A stretch of DNA of 60,826 nucleotides, from positions 1-60,826 of the forward strand of contig CAZYOL010000004.1 of the NCBI GenBank assembly GCA_964649065.1. Reading direction: 5' to 3'. Position 1 is the stretch's first letter. The number at the start of each line of letters is the position of its first letter. Positions 27,414 through 36,993 of the stretch are shown here, one piece after another. The translations under genes were made by a program, and so were the position numbers. Source of the DNA: an uncultured Spirochaetales bacterium (GTDB lineage: Bacteria > Myxococcota_A > UBA9160 > SMWR01). Under the pieces are notes generated by a model. The model did not search any database. It saw only the letters and a list, made by a program, of their open reading frames with translations, and was not told where the DNA came from.

Positions 27414-30400
27414 TCACGGCGTCGTGAGGACGTGCACCAGGCCGTAGTAGAGGGTTCGCAGCAGCAGCCAGGGGCTGGCGTCGGCGGCCGCGCCCGCGAT
27501 GTCCACGGGGGGCACCGGATCGATGCTTCGCGTCTGCTCGTCGGTCCAGGGGCTCGGCCCCCCGGGCCCCAGCGCGCGCACCTGGAAGGCGTAGGCCTCG
27601 CCGTTGGGCAGGGGGGCGACGCGGTGCCGCAGCTCCGGGCCCAGTGTCCGGCGGCGCCAGTCGCCCTGCGGCGCCCGCCTCCAGCGCAGCTCGTAGCCGC
27701 TCGCCCGGGCGTCGTCGGGCGGGTCCCAGACGACGTCGGCCCCGCCCTCGGTGGGGCTCACCAGGAAGGCGCGCGGCCGGGGCAGCGGAGACTCGTCCCG
27801 GCGCGCGAGCTCCAGGCGCAGCGCTGCGATCGCCGCCCGCACCTGCTCGGGAAGCCGCGGGCCCCCCGGCCCCAGGGTCACCACGGCCGGCGGGTGGTGG
27901 AAGCTCGCGGCCTGCTCGACCAGGGCATCGGGCGGAGCCCCGCCCGCGAAGGGCGCGAGCATCAGGGAGAAGCGCTCGCTTGCGCCGTTGAAGCTGGGGG
28001 CGTTGGGCCGGACCGAGGAGGAGCCCAGGGTCGTGAATTCGGTGCCCACGCCGTTGCCGCCGAGGTGGGAGTAGTCGAGCTGGCGCCCGTGGTAGGAGCC
28101 AAAGGGATTGAGGCGCAGCGCCTGCCGGCCGGCGCGCTCGCGCAGGCGCATGGGTGCGAAGGCGAAGGAGCTGCGCACGTCCGCCCGGTCCGCGAGGAGC
28201 AGGCCCTGGCGGCCGTCGGCCACGGCGACCCAGCCCGCGGTCACCTGGTGGTTGAAGGCGTCGAGCTCGGCGTTGCGCGGGTTGATGCGGCCGTAGTCGA
28301 GGGGATAGGAGGAGCGCACGCCGAGGAAGTTGTGCTTCCAGACCACCAGCGGGTCCTCCGGGGCGGCATCGAGGCGCGGCACCAGCTCGAAGGGTCCGAC
28401 CTCGATCCAGCGCAGGTCCAGGTAGCGCCGGAGCTTCTGCTGGTTGGTGTGCAGGATGTCACTCTTCTTGGTGTAGGGATACTCCACGCGCACGTCCGCC
28501 ACCAACCAGGGCGCATCCTCGAGCAGGCTCCAGTCGACCCGGATGCGCGCGTCGCGCCGCCCCTGGGGCGTCTCGATCGGGATCGTGGTGCTCCGCCTCG
28601 CGCGCTGCAGCCCGCTCCAGCGCTCGCCCGCCAGGGGCTCCGCCCGCCAGGCAGTGGCGCGGAAGGTCCGCAGGCCCCGCTCCGTCTGGTAGGTCACGAA
28701 GGGCGAGAGGAAGTCGGGGCCGCCGATCTCGCGCCCGGCGGCGCGCAGCGAGGCGACGCCGCCCTCGTCGAGCCGCAGCTCCAGGTGGGCGTTCGCGAGC
28801 TCCGTGAGCGGCAAGGCGGCGCGGCCGCCCTCCCGCCCGGCGCGCAGGAGGTGCAGGCGGCGCGTCTCGCCCGGACGCAGGGCGACCTGCGTCCAGAGCT
28901 CCGCTGCGATCTCGTCTCCGAGGGTCTCCGGATTCACCCAGGAGTGGGCCAGCCGTCGTCCGTCTCCGTCCACCAGCAGGGTCGCCTCGAGCGGCGCCGC
29001 CAGCCGGACCGGGATGCGCAGCAGGCTGGGCGTCGCAGCTTCGCGAGAGCCCGGCTCGCGCAGGTCGCGGACGGCGAAGGAGCGCAGCGCACCGGGGGGG
29101 CGGGCCCCGGCCCCCGCGCGCTCGGCCCCGACCCGCGCGGCCAGGGCCTCGGCCTGCTCGGCGCGCTCCAGCGAGGTGCCGATCACCCGCTCGGCCACCG
29201 CCTGGCGCTCCTCGTTGACCACCGGCGTGGACATGCCGAAGTGGGTGGTCGAGAGGCCGCGCAGGCGGTGGAAGAAGCTCGAGTCGCGACCTTCCCAGAG
29301 CAGCGGGCGGGCGGCGCTGCGCAGGGCCTCGGGGGCGTCGCGCAGCCAGGCCTCCGCTCGCCGAGCGGCGAGGCGGCCCCGCTCGAGCTGCGTCCACAGC
29401 GCGTGGCTGGGGAGCTTCTCGGCCCAGGAGTAGAGCCCGTCGAAGGAGCCGTCGGCGAGGTCCTGGCGCACCACGACCTCGCCCACCGGCGGGTGGGTCG
29501 CGAGGTACTCCCCGGGCGTCGTGAACTCGGCCCACTCGTAGGCGTTCACCGCCTCGATGTACTCGGGCAGCCCGCCCGCATTCGGGAACCAGGACAGGCC
29601 CAGCGGCAGCTCCTGGGGCAGCCAGCTCTCCACGTCGGCGTCCCAGTTGATGTGGATCGCCAGATCGCGATCCACCTCGCCGCTCACCTGGAGTGCGCGC
29701 AGGTCGAGCATCCAGCGTTCGAGGGAGATGTGGTTCAGGATGTCCCCGATCGAGACGGCGGGGAAGACCGTCAGCCGGGGGCCGTCCTCGCGGAGGCGCA
29801 GCCAGGTCGGATTGTGGCGCTGCTCGATCGGAAGCGTGGGGACGAAGTTGGAGAAGGTGGTGAAGGGCCACTCGGAGTAGGCCAGGATCAGGGCCTCGAT
29901 GCCCTCCTCGCGCAGGATCGGCAGCGTGCCCGTCGTGATCATGCCCTCGTTCGGCCGCAGGATCGCCGTGTGGGTGCCGAAGAGGTCGCGCGCGCCGGAG
30001 CCCCAGGGGTTGTGGATCGACCAGCGCAGCGCCGCGCGGATCTCGTCCTCGGTCATGGCGCTGAACAGGCCGTTGTTGTAAGGGGCGAGGGCGATCTCGT
30101 CGAGGCCCGCCTCGACCCGGCGGCGCATGCCCTCGAGGATGTCCGGGGCGTGCTCCGGCAGGATCGACTCGAGGGTGAAGAGGTTGTCGGTGTCCCAGTA
30201 GGCGCGGGCCTCGAGTCCCCGGGAGCGGGCGTCGTCGAGCATGCGCAGGATCTCCCGCACGATCCGGATGTCGGTGCCGAAGCCGGCCTCGTCCGGGGTG
30301 TCGCCGCGCCAGGAGTGGTAGAAGTTCGAGTGGAAGCCGAGCAGCACGTAGACCTTGTGCGGAGAGTCTCCCCGCGGCTCGGCGCTGCAGGCGACGAGCA

Positions 30401-30440
30401 GGGCTGCCAGGAGGCCCAGCTGCGCAGCGGTCCACCGCAT
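27414..30440 (-). CDS. Large lipoprotein with GH57/GH38-like N-terminal barrel and C-terminal FN3 domain
   Basis: Lipobox LVAC; GFHSNFYHSW, DEIALAPYNN, LRPNEG, HINWDADVESW resemble the GH57/deacetylase fold; VVWDPP...GYELRW...YAFQVRA is FN3-like. Confidence 0.6.
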   Translation of the reverse strand: MRWTAAQLGLLAALLVACSAEPRGDSPHKVYVLLGFHSNFYHSWRGDTPDEAGFGTDIRIVREILRMLDDARSRGLEARAYWDTDNLFTLESILPEHAPDILEGMRRRVEAGLDEIALAPYNNGLFSAMTEDEIRAALRWSIHNPWGSGARDLFGTHTAILRPNEGMITTGTLPILREEGIEALILAYSEWPFTTFSNFVPTLPIEQRHNPTWLRLREDGPRLTVFPAVSIGDILNHISLERWMLDLRALQVSGEVDRDLAIHINWDADVESWLPQELPLGLSWFPNAGGLPEYIEAVNAYEWAEFTTPGEYLATHPPVGEVVVRQDLADGSFDGLYSWAEKLPSHALWTQLERGRLAARRAEAWLRDAPEALRSAARPLLWEGRDSSFFHRLRGLSTTHFGMSTPVVNEERQAVAERVIGTSLERAEQAEALAARVGAERAGAGARPPGALRSFAVRDLREPGSREAATPSLLRIPVRLAAPLEATLLVDGDGRRLAHSWVNPETLGDEIAAELWTQVALRPGETRRLHLLRAGREGGRAALPLTELANAHLELRLDEGGVASLRAAGREIGGPDFLSPFVTYQTERGLRTFRATAWRAEPLAGERWSGLQRARRSTTIPIETPQGRRDARIRVDWSLLEDAPWLVADVRVEYPYTKKSDILHTNQQKLRRYLDLRWIEVGPFELVPRLDAAPEDPLVVWKHNFLGVRSSYPLDYGRINPRNAELDAFNHQVTAGWVAVADGRQGLLLADRADVRSSFAFAPMRLRERAGRQALRLNPFGSYHGRQLDYSHLGGNGVGTEFTTLGSSSVRPNAPSFNGASERFSLMLAPFAGGAPPDALVEQAASFHHPPAVVTLGPGGPRLPEQVRAAIAALRLELARRDESPLPRPRAFLVSPTEGGADVVWDPPDDARASGYELRWRRAPQGDWRRRTLGPELRHRVAPLPNGEAYAFQVRALGPGGPSPWTDEQTRSIDPVPPVDIAGAAADASPWLLLRTLYYGLVHVLTTP

Positions 30441-30505
30441 CGGGCGCCGATGCTACCCGCTCGGGGGGTCGGTCGCTGCGCTCGCCGCCGGAGGCGCTGG
30501 CCGGC

Positions 30506-31570
30506 TCAGCCCTCGAGGCCGCGCCACAGCAGCCACAGGCCGACGGCGCCGGCCGTCAGCACCACGAGCTTGACGACGCTCAGCGGCCGCTGTCCCTTCA
30601 CCTCGCCGGTGGCACCGTTCACCACCACCACGTGGGGCTTGCCGCGAAAGCGAATCGCCAGCAGCCAGACCGGCAGCAGCAGATGCTTGTAGGTCAGCGC
30701 GTCCCAGCGGATCCGGCACTCCTCCAGCTGGGCGACGTCGCCCCCGATGCGGCCCCTGGCCAGCGCGTGGATCTCGCGCTCCATTCCCTCGCGGCCGCGC
30801 TTCCAGCTCTCCTCGAGGCCCGCGTCGTAGGTCTTGGCCAGGCAGCCGGCGAGATAGTCGGGGCGGTAGGGCTGGCAGCGCTCGAGCGGCCAGGGCTCGA
30901 GGCGCTCGAGCAGCGCGCGCGGCATCGAGGAGTCGGCAGGCACCGGGAAGTCGTCGAAGAAGTGCTGGAAGCGGCCCGCGCTCCGCGTCCAGCGGATCTT
31001 CTTGTCCCTGCGGATCCCGCGACGGCCGCGGTAGCGGGCGAAGACCGCCGCGTCGAAGGTCCAGAACGGCACGTAGACGGCCTGCAGTCGCTCCGGCACG
31101 CGCTTCTTCAGGAACTCGCCCGGCGCCAGCCAGCGCGAGCGCAGCCAGCGTCCGACGCGCTCGCGGGCCCGCTCGCGGTCGATCTCGAAGGGCAGCACGG
31201 CATCGACCGGCGCCCGGTGCGCCGCGCGGTGGACGTCGGTCCGCTGAATCGGTCCGCCGCAGTAGGCGCAGGCCTGGGAGGTCAGGGTTCCCCGGAAGAG
31301 CACGGTGGCGCCGCAGTCCCGGCAGCGCACCTCGAGAACCTCGGGCTCGGGGCCCCGTCCCTCGGCGCGCTGGCGGGCCAGCCGCGCCAGGTTGGCCTCG
31401 AGGTCGCGCTCCTCGACGACCGCATCCGGCTCGAGCGGGATGGCGCGCACGAAGCCGCAGTAGGGGCAGGCCAGCTCCGGTGCGCCCGGCCGGAGCTCCA
31501 GCTCGGCGCCACAGCTCTCGCAGGGGAAGCGGCGGGCGCGCTCCCCTTCGCCGGCCGCCTGCCGCTCCAT
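30506..31570 (-). CDS. Zinc-ribbon membrane protein
   Basis: CESC, CPYC, CRDC, CAYC; VYVPFWTFD, LLLPVW, VNGATGEVKGQRP; C-terminal TM helix. Confidence 0.82.
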   Translation of the reverse strand: MERQAAGEGERARRFPCESCGAELELRPGAPELACPYCGFVRAIPLEPDAVVEERDLEANLARLARQRAEGRGPEPEVLEVRCRDCGATVLFRGTLTSQACAYCGGPIQRTDVHRAAHRAPVDAVLPFEIDRERARERVGRWLRSRWLAPGEFLKKRVPERLQAVYVPFWTFDAAVFARYRGRRGIRRDKKIRWTRSAGRFQHFFDDFPVPADSSMPRALLERLEPWPLERCQPYRPDYLAGCLAKTYDAGLEESWKRGREGMEREIHALARGRIGGDVAQLEECRIRWDALTYKHLLLPVWLLAIRFRGKPHVVVVNGATGEVKGQRPLSVVKLVVLTAGAVGLWLLWRGLEG

Positions 31571-31580
31571 GCAGGCGCCG

Positions 31581-31607
31581 ATCGGCAGCCCCCGCGGCAC
31601 CCTTGAG
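31581..31607 (-). promoter_or_regulatory. sigma28/FliA-like promoter
   Basis: Minus strand CTCAAG-N15-GCCGAT, 10 nt before ATG 31570. Confidence 0.65.
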
Positions 31608-31615
31608 CTGCCGGA

Positions 31616-32497
31616 CTAGGCGGACTTCGCGACGAGACGGGCGGCGATCAGCAGCGACAGCACCAGGGCCACGCGCAGTGGATCCGGCGCGGCCGGGACG
31701 GCGGCCACCTCCTGCGCCGGCTCCAGGAAGGGCTCGAGCGAGACGCGGACGTCGTCGAGGAAGGCCGCGTTGTTGCGATTCTGGCCTTGGCTGAAGCCCT
31801 CGGGCACGGTCAGGCCACGGGCTCCGTCGAAGCGGAGGTAGAGGTCGCCGCCGTCGGGGACGGGCGCCAGCCCGAGGGCCCGGAGGTCCACCCGCCCGCC
31901 CAGGTCGCGCCGGGCGTTCTGCGCGGCGTTGCCGTCCACCCAGCCCGGGTAGCTGTCGTGCTCGGTGTTCACGAGGGTCGCCTCGAAGGCGTCTCCCAGG
32001 TCGACGTAGCGCTCGCCGTCCACCGACACGAAGGCCTGTAGGCCCGCCCAGCGGCCCCGGGAGCGCTGCAGCCAGAACTCGACGTCGAAGAGCAGGTAGA
32101 AGTGGCTGAGCTCCGAGCCCGAGGCGTTGCGCAGGCGCATGGTGAGCTGCCGGGTCGGGTTGCCGCTCGAGTTCGTGTAGAGCCCCAGGGCGCGATCCGA
32201 GCCGTCCGGCGCGCCGCCGTTGTAGGCGTCGATCGACGAGGCTCCGGGGAGCCCCAGGCTGTCGTACTGCTCGTCGGGGCCGGCGAATCGTAGGCGCAGG
32301 CTCCAGTAGGAGTCCCAGCCTCCCGCGCCGTCGTCTCGTCCCGGGGCCCGCGTTCCGGCGGCTCCCAGCGCGTCGAAGTCGACGACCACGGGCTGCTCCT
32401 CGCCCAGCGGATAGGCCAGGGCGAGGGGCTCGGCGGCGGACGGGGAGGCGGCGACCAGCGCGAGCAGGAGAGCGGACAGGGGGGCTCGACGCGGCAA
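31616..32497 (-). CDS. Exported protein with C-terminal sorting-signal-like tail
   Basis: Signal peptide; DRALG...LRNASG...DVEFW beta-sandwich; ends VPAAPDP + hydrophobic helix + basic residues; GGAGG RBS before the TTG. Confidence 0.7.
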   Translation of the reverse strand: MPRRAPLSALLLALVAASPSAAEPLALAYPLGEEQPVVVDFDALGAAGTRAPGRDDGAGGWDSYWSLRLRFAGPDEQYDSLGLPGASSIDAYNGGAPDGSDRALGLYTNSSGNPTRQLTMRLRNASGSELSHFYLLFDVEFWLQRSRGRWAGLQAFVSVDGERYVDLGDAFEATLVNTEHDSYPGWVDGNAAQNARRDLGGRVDLRALGLAPVPDGGDLYLRFDGARGLTVPEGFSQGQNRNNAAFLDDVRVSLEPFLEPAQEVAAVPAAPDPLRVALVLSLLIAARLVAKSA

Positions 32498-32657
32498 CGG
32501 GGCCTCCTGGGCAGAGTGGATACGAAGTGTTTCGGTCCCGGCAGGCGCACAATTGAGGGGTTTTTACTACGGCGCTCCACTCCGCGAGCTCGCCGGCAGC
32601 TCTGCGGCAGCGCTCGCGCAAGCCGAGCGGCGGCGGTCGCTGCTATCCCTCCCGGCC

Positions 32658-34142
32658 ATGCGTCCCTCGCTCCGGCTCCTGATCGGCCTGACCCTGATCG
32701 CCTGCGCCGCGCCCTCCGAGCCCGTGCCCTCGCCGGACCCTCCCCGGGTGAGCCACGGGCCGCTGATCGGCGACGTCACGGCGAGCAGCGCGATCGTGTG
32801 GGCCCGCGGGAATCGGGTGGGACGGCTTCGGGCCCAGCTGCTCGACGCTCGCGGCGCGACCGTGACGACGGCGAGCGCGCGCGTCTTCCGGGTCGAGGAC
32901 TACACCGGCAAGATTCGCCTGGCGGGCCTGTGGCCCTCTACGGAGTACCGGCTGCGCGTGAGCCTGCTGGCGCCGTCCGAGGGCGGCGAGGTCGAGGGGC
33001 CGGCCGTCGAGGGCCGTTTTCGCACCGCGCCCCCGCCGGACGAGGCGGCGGCGCTCCGGCTCGCCTTCGGCGGAGACCTGGCGGGACAGAACGTCTGCCG
33101 AGACGTCGAGGAGGGCTTCCCGGTCTTCGAGAGCCTGTCGCGCTGGAAGCCCGACCTCTTCATCGGACTCGGCGACATGATCTACGCCGACGGGGTCTGC
33201 GTGACGAACGGTCGCTACGGCAACCGCCAGGTGCACGGCGACTTCGGGCCTTCGACCGGCCTCGAGGGCTTCTGGTCGCACTGGCGCTACAGCCGGGAGG
33301 ATCCGGGCCTGCAGCGCTTCCTGGCCGAGACGCCCTACGTCGCGATCTGGGACGACCACGAGGTGGTGAACGACTTCGGTCCCGGCGCCGACACGCGGGA
33401 CGAGGCCCCCTACGAGGCCGGCGTGTCGCTGCTGCCCCTCGGCCTCACGGCCTTCCTCGACTACAACCCGGTGGCCGAGGAGGGGGTCGAGGCGGGGCGT
33501 CTGCATCGCCGGCTGCGCTGGGGACGCCACCTGGAGATCTTCGTCCTCGACACGCGCCAGTACCGCGACGCAGCAGCCCGCCCCGACGACCCGGCGGCCC
33601 CCAAGTCGCTGCTGGGCCCCGAGCAGCGCGCCTGGCTCGAGGCCGGACTGGTGGAGTCCGACGCGACCTGGAAGCTGGTGGTCTCCAGCGTGCCCCTGTC
33701 GATTCCCACCGGAGCCCCCGAGCGCCGCGACGGCTGGGCCAACTTCCGCGAGCCCGGAGGCTACGAGGGAGAGCTGCTCGGCATCCTGGGCCGCCTGCGC
33801 GAGGCGGGCGTCGCCAACACGCTCTGGATCACCACCGACGTCCATTTCGCCGCCGCCTTTCGCTACACGCCCTTCGCCGGGTCTCCCGACTTCCAGCTCC
33901 ACGAGATCGTGACGGGGCCGCTCAACGCCGGCCTCTTCGGCCACGAGCGCTTCGACGACACGCTGGGGACCGAGCGGCTCTTCTATTTCGGTCCGCAGGA
34001 CTTCCGGACCGTGCAGTCCTGGGAAGAGGCGCGCCGCTGGTTCAACTTCGGCGTGCTCGACGTGGATGCGGAGGGCTCGCTGACCGCCCGCATCGTCGAC
34101 GTCGACGGTCGCGCCGTCTTCGAGCTTCCCCTCGGCCGCTGA
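32658..34142 (+). CDS. phoD: Alkaline phosphatase D family protein
   Basis: GDVTASSAIVWAR, LGDMIYAD, IWDDHEVVND, LDTRQYRD, LLGPEQRAWL, TTDVH. Confidence 0.93.
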   Translation: MRPSLRLLIGLTLIACAAPSEPVPSPDPPRVSHGPLIGDVTASSAIVWARGNRVGRLRAQLLDARGATVTTASARVFRVEDYTGKIRLAGLWPSTEYRLRVSLLAPSEGGEVEGPAVEGRFRTAPPPDEAAALRLAFGGDLAGQNVCRDVEEGFPVFESLSRWKPDLFIGLGDMIYADGVCVTNGRYGNRQVHGDFGPSTGLEGFWSHWRYSREDPGLQRFLAETPYVAIWDDHEVVNDFGPGADTRDEAPYEAGVSLLPLGLTAFLDYNPVAEEGVEAGRLHRRLRWGRHLEIFVLDTRQYRDAAARPDDPAAPKSLLGPEQRAWLEAGLVESDATWKLVVSSVPLSIPTGAPERRDGWANFREPGGYEGELLGILGRLREAGVANTLWITTDVHFAAAFRYTPFAGSPDFQLHEIVTGPLNAGLFGHERFDDTLGTERLFYFGPQDFRTVQSWEEARRWFNFGVLDVDAEGSLTARIVDVDGRAVFELPLGR

Positions 34143-34149
34143 GCGAGCC

Positions 34150-36141
34150 ATGCGCTGGATCGTCCGGGCACTGGGGCTGCTGCTGCTGCTGGCGCTCGCC
34201 GGCGGCGCCCTCTACGCCTGGCGCGGCGCGTGGCCGCGCTCGCTGCGCGAGTGGCAGGCCTACCGCAGCTCCCTCGAGGAGCGCGCGGGCGCCCGCCCGG
34301 AGCCCCTGATCGGGAACGTCGGGGAGCGCGAGGGCCGGAGCCTGGCCGGAACCTGGCAGGCGCTGGTGGATCCGAACCGCTGGGGCCGGGGTCCTCTCCT
34401 CGGCGATCAGCTGCCGCGGCACCGGCGCGCGGCGGGGCCCGCCGAGCTGGTCGAGTACAGCTTCGAGGACGGCCTGACCCTCGAGGTGCCCGGAGACTGG
34501 AACACGCAGCGCGAGGCGCTCTTCTTCTACCGCGAGGCCGTCTGGTACCAGCGCGACTTCGACTGGGAGCCCCGGCCGGGGACCCGCAGCTTCCTGCACT
34601 TCGGTGCCGCCAACTACCGGGCCGAGGTCTTCCTGAACGGCCGTCGGCTGGGGAGCCACGAGGGGGGGCACACGCCCTTCGTCTTCGAGGTGAGCGAGCG
34701 GGTGCGCCCGGGCTCGAACGATCTGGTGGTGCTCGTCGACGCCGAGAAGGGCGAGCGCGACGTTCCGGCCCGCGCCAAGGACTGGCTCGACTACGGCGGC
34801 CTCACGCGCGACGTGCGCATCCTGCGCGTTCCGGAGACCTTCGTGCGCAGCTGGCGCATCCAGCTGGCTCCGGAGGATCCGGGGCGCATCACCGGCTGGG
34901 TGCAGCTGGATGGGCCCCGGTCCCAGGGACCCGTGACGGTTTCGATCCCGGAGCTCGGCCTGCGGGCGACGCTCGAGGCCGATGCGCAGGGCCGGGCCTC
35001 GCTCGATCTGGCGGCGCGGCCCGAGCTCTGGTCTCCGCGCTCCCCGAAGCTGTACCGGGTGCTGCTCGAGGCGGCCGGCGACCGCGTCGGCGACTCGATC
35101 GGCTTTCGCACCGTGGCCGTGCGCGATCGCGAGATCCTGCTGAACGGCGAGCCGATCTACCTGCGCGGCATCTCGCTGCACGGCGAGGCCCCCTTCGGCG
35201 GCGGACGCGCCCAGGGTGACGAGGACGCCGAGACCCTGCTCGGCTGGGTGGCCGAGCTGGGCGCGAACTTCGCCCGCCTGGCCCACTACCCCCACGACGA
35301 GGCGATGCTGCGGGCCGCCGATCGCCTGGGCATCCTGGTCTGGGCCGAGATTCCGGTCTACTGGGACATCGCCTTCGGCGATCCCCACACGCTGCGTCGG
35401 GCCCGGCAGCAGCTCTCGGAGCTGATCGCGCGGGACGCCAATCGGGCCAGCGTGATCCTCTGGAGCATCGGCAACGAGACGCCGATCCACGACGAACGCA
35501 ACGCCTTCATGGCGGCCCTGGCCGAGCACGTCCGCAGCCTGGACGACAGCCGGCTGGTCACCGCCGCCCTGCTCTCCGGACTCGACAGCATCCAGCCCCT
35601 GGCGCTGCGCGCCCTCCGCTCGGCGGCCGGCCTCGACTTCGGCGACTGGCGCTTCCCGGTGGTCGACCCGCTCGGGGAGCAGCTCGACGTGGTCGGCGTC
35701 AACGAGTACATCGGCTGGTACTACGCGACGCCCATCGCCGAGCGCACGCCCTTCTCGAGCGAGACGCTGCGGCGGATCCTGGTGGAAGGCCTGCCCGAGG
35801 TGCGCATCGAGACCGGCCACGACAAGCCGGTCGTGATCAGCGAGTTCGGAGCCGGGGCCCGGGCCGGCTTCCACGCGCCCGAGCAGCAGCTGGCCGTCTT
35901 CAGCGAGGAGTACCAGGCCCTGCTCTACCGGCAGCAGCTCGCCATGATCTCGGGCCAGCCCGGAGTCGTGGGGCTGTCGCCCAGGGTCCAGAAGGTCTTA
36001 CGCTCACCGCACCGGGGATATAAGGGCGGGCAGGACAAGAGGGACCTGGAGGGGGTGGTGAGCGATCGCGGAGAGAGGAAGCTGGCCTTCGGCGTGCTCC
36101 GGGAGCACTACCGCGGGCTCGCCGAGCGGGAGGGACGCTGA
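34150..36141 (+). CDS. Glycoside hydrolase family 2 (beta-glucuronidase/galactosidase-like)
   Basis: VPGDWN, HEGGHTPF, RLAHYPH, WSIGNET acid/base, ISEFGAG nucleophile; anomalous C-terminal motif block (see findings). Confidence 0.92.
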   Translation: MRWIVRALGLLLLLALAGGALYAWRGAWPRSLREWQAYRSSLEERAGARPEPLIGNVGEREGRSLAGTWQALVDPNRWGRGPLLGDQLPRHRRAAGPAELVEYSFEDGLTLEVPGDWNTQREALFFYREAVWYQRDFDWEPRPGTRSFLHFGAANYRAEVFLNGRRLGSHEGGHTPFVFEVSERVRPGSNDLVVLVDAEKGERDVPARAKDWLDYGGLTRDVRILRVPETFVRSWRIQLAPEDPGRITGWVQLDGPRSQGPVTVSIPELGLRATLEADAQGRASLDLAARPELWSPRSPKLYRVLLEAAGDRVGDSIGFRTVAVRDREILLNGEPIYLRGISLHGEAPFGGGRAQGDEDAETLLGWVAELGANFARLAHYPHDEAMLRAADRLGILVWAEIPVYWDIAFGDPHTLRRARQQLSELIARDANRASVILWSIGNETPIHDERNAFMAALAEHVRSLDDSRLVTAALLSGLDSIQPLALRALRSAAGLDFGDWRFPVVDPLGEQLDVVGVNEYIGWYYATPIAERTPFSSETLRRILVEGLPEVRIETGHDKPVVISEFGAGARAGFHAPEQQLAVFSEEYQALLYRQQLAMISGQPGVVGLSPRVQKVLRSPHRGYKGGQDKRDLEGVVSDRGERKLAFGVLREHYRGLAEREGR

Positions 36142-36142
36142 A

Positions 36143-36940
36143 GTGGGGCGACTCGAGGGGCGCGTCGCCCTGGTCACGGGGGCGGCCTCGGGCATCGGGG
36201 CGGCCTGCGCCCTGCGCTTCGCGCGCGAGGGAGCCCGCCTGGCGGGCTTCGACGTCGCGGAGGCCGCGGCGGAGGGCGACTGGGCCGCCGCGCTGCAGGC
36301 GTCGGGCGACGCCCTCTACCGCTGCGGCGACGTGCGCGACGACGCGGCGCTGGCGGCCTGGGTGGCCGCCTGTCTCGAGCGCTTCGGGCGCATCGACGTG
36401 CTGGTGAACTCGGCCGGGGTCGCCGGGGGCGGTCCGGTCCACCTGATCGAGCCCGAGGAGTGGCGGCGCGTGCTCGACATCAATCTCACCGGCAGCTTCC
36501 TGGCCTGTCGCCAGGTGCTGCCCGCCATGCTGGAGCAGGGCCGCGGCAGCATCATCAACGTCGCCAGCGTCGAGGGCATCGAGGGCTTCGAGGGCGGCAG
36601 TGCCTACAACGCCTCCAAGGGCGCGGTGGTGCTGCTGACGAAGAACCTGGCGATCGACTACGCGCGCAAGGGCATTCGCGCCAACGCCATCTGCCCGGGA
36701 TTCATCGAGACTCCCCTGCTGGCCGGCCTGGTCGAGGGCGAAGGGCTCGCGGCCCAGCGCGACGCGATTCGCGAGGCCCACCAGCTCGGTCGCTTCGGAA
36801 CGCCCAGCGAGATCGCCGACGCCGCGCTCTTCCTGGCCTCGGACGAGTCCTCTTTCGTGACCGGTCACGCCCTGGTCGTGGACGGCGGCTATACCGCCGG
36901 CCACCGCTTCGGCATCGGCCGCCTGTTCGGCCTCGACTGA
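36143..36940 (+). CDS. Classical SDR oxidoreductase
   Basis: TGAASGIG, NSAG, YNASK, PGFIETP, VDGG. Confidence 0.93.
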   Translation: MGRLEGRVALVTGAASGIGAACALRFAREGARLAGFDVAEAAAEGDWAAALQASGDALYRCGDVRDDAALAAWVAACLERFGRIDVLVNSAGVAGGGPVHLIEPEEWRRVLDINLTGSFLACRQVLPAMLEQGRGSIINVASVEGIEGFEGGSAYNASKGAVVLLTKNLAIDYARKGIRANAICPGFIETPLLAGLVEGEGLAAQRDAIREAHQLGRFGTPSEIADAALFLASDESSFVTGHALVVDGGYTAGHRFGIGRLFGLD

Positions 36941-36993
36941 GGAGGCGGCCCCGGACGGGTGCCGGCCCGGGAAGGCTCGGGTACAAAGGCCGC

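Noticed and set aside
1570-30692. Very long alternative-frame and antisense ORFs (e.g. 1570-5058, 9289-12504, 13308-17648, 25581-30692)
   Set aside because: Expected at this GC content because stops are scarce. They have low-complexity or antisense-codon composition and no motifs, and they overlap well-supported genes.
32498-32657. Possible riboswitch in the AT-richer intergenic region
   Set aside because: No recognisable aptamer consensus; more simply explained as divergent promoters.
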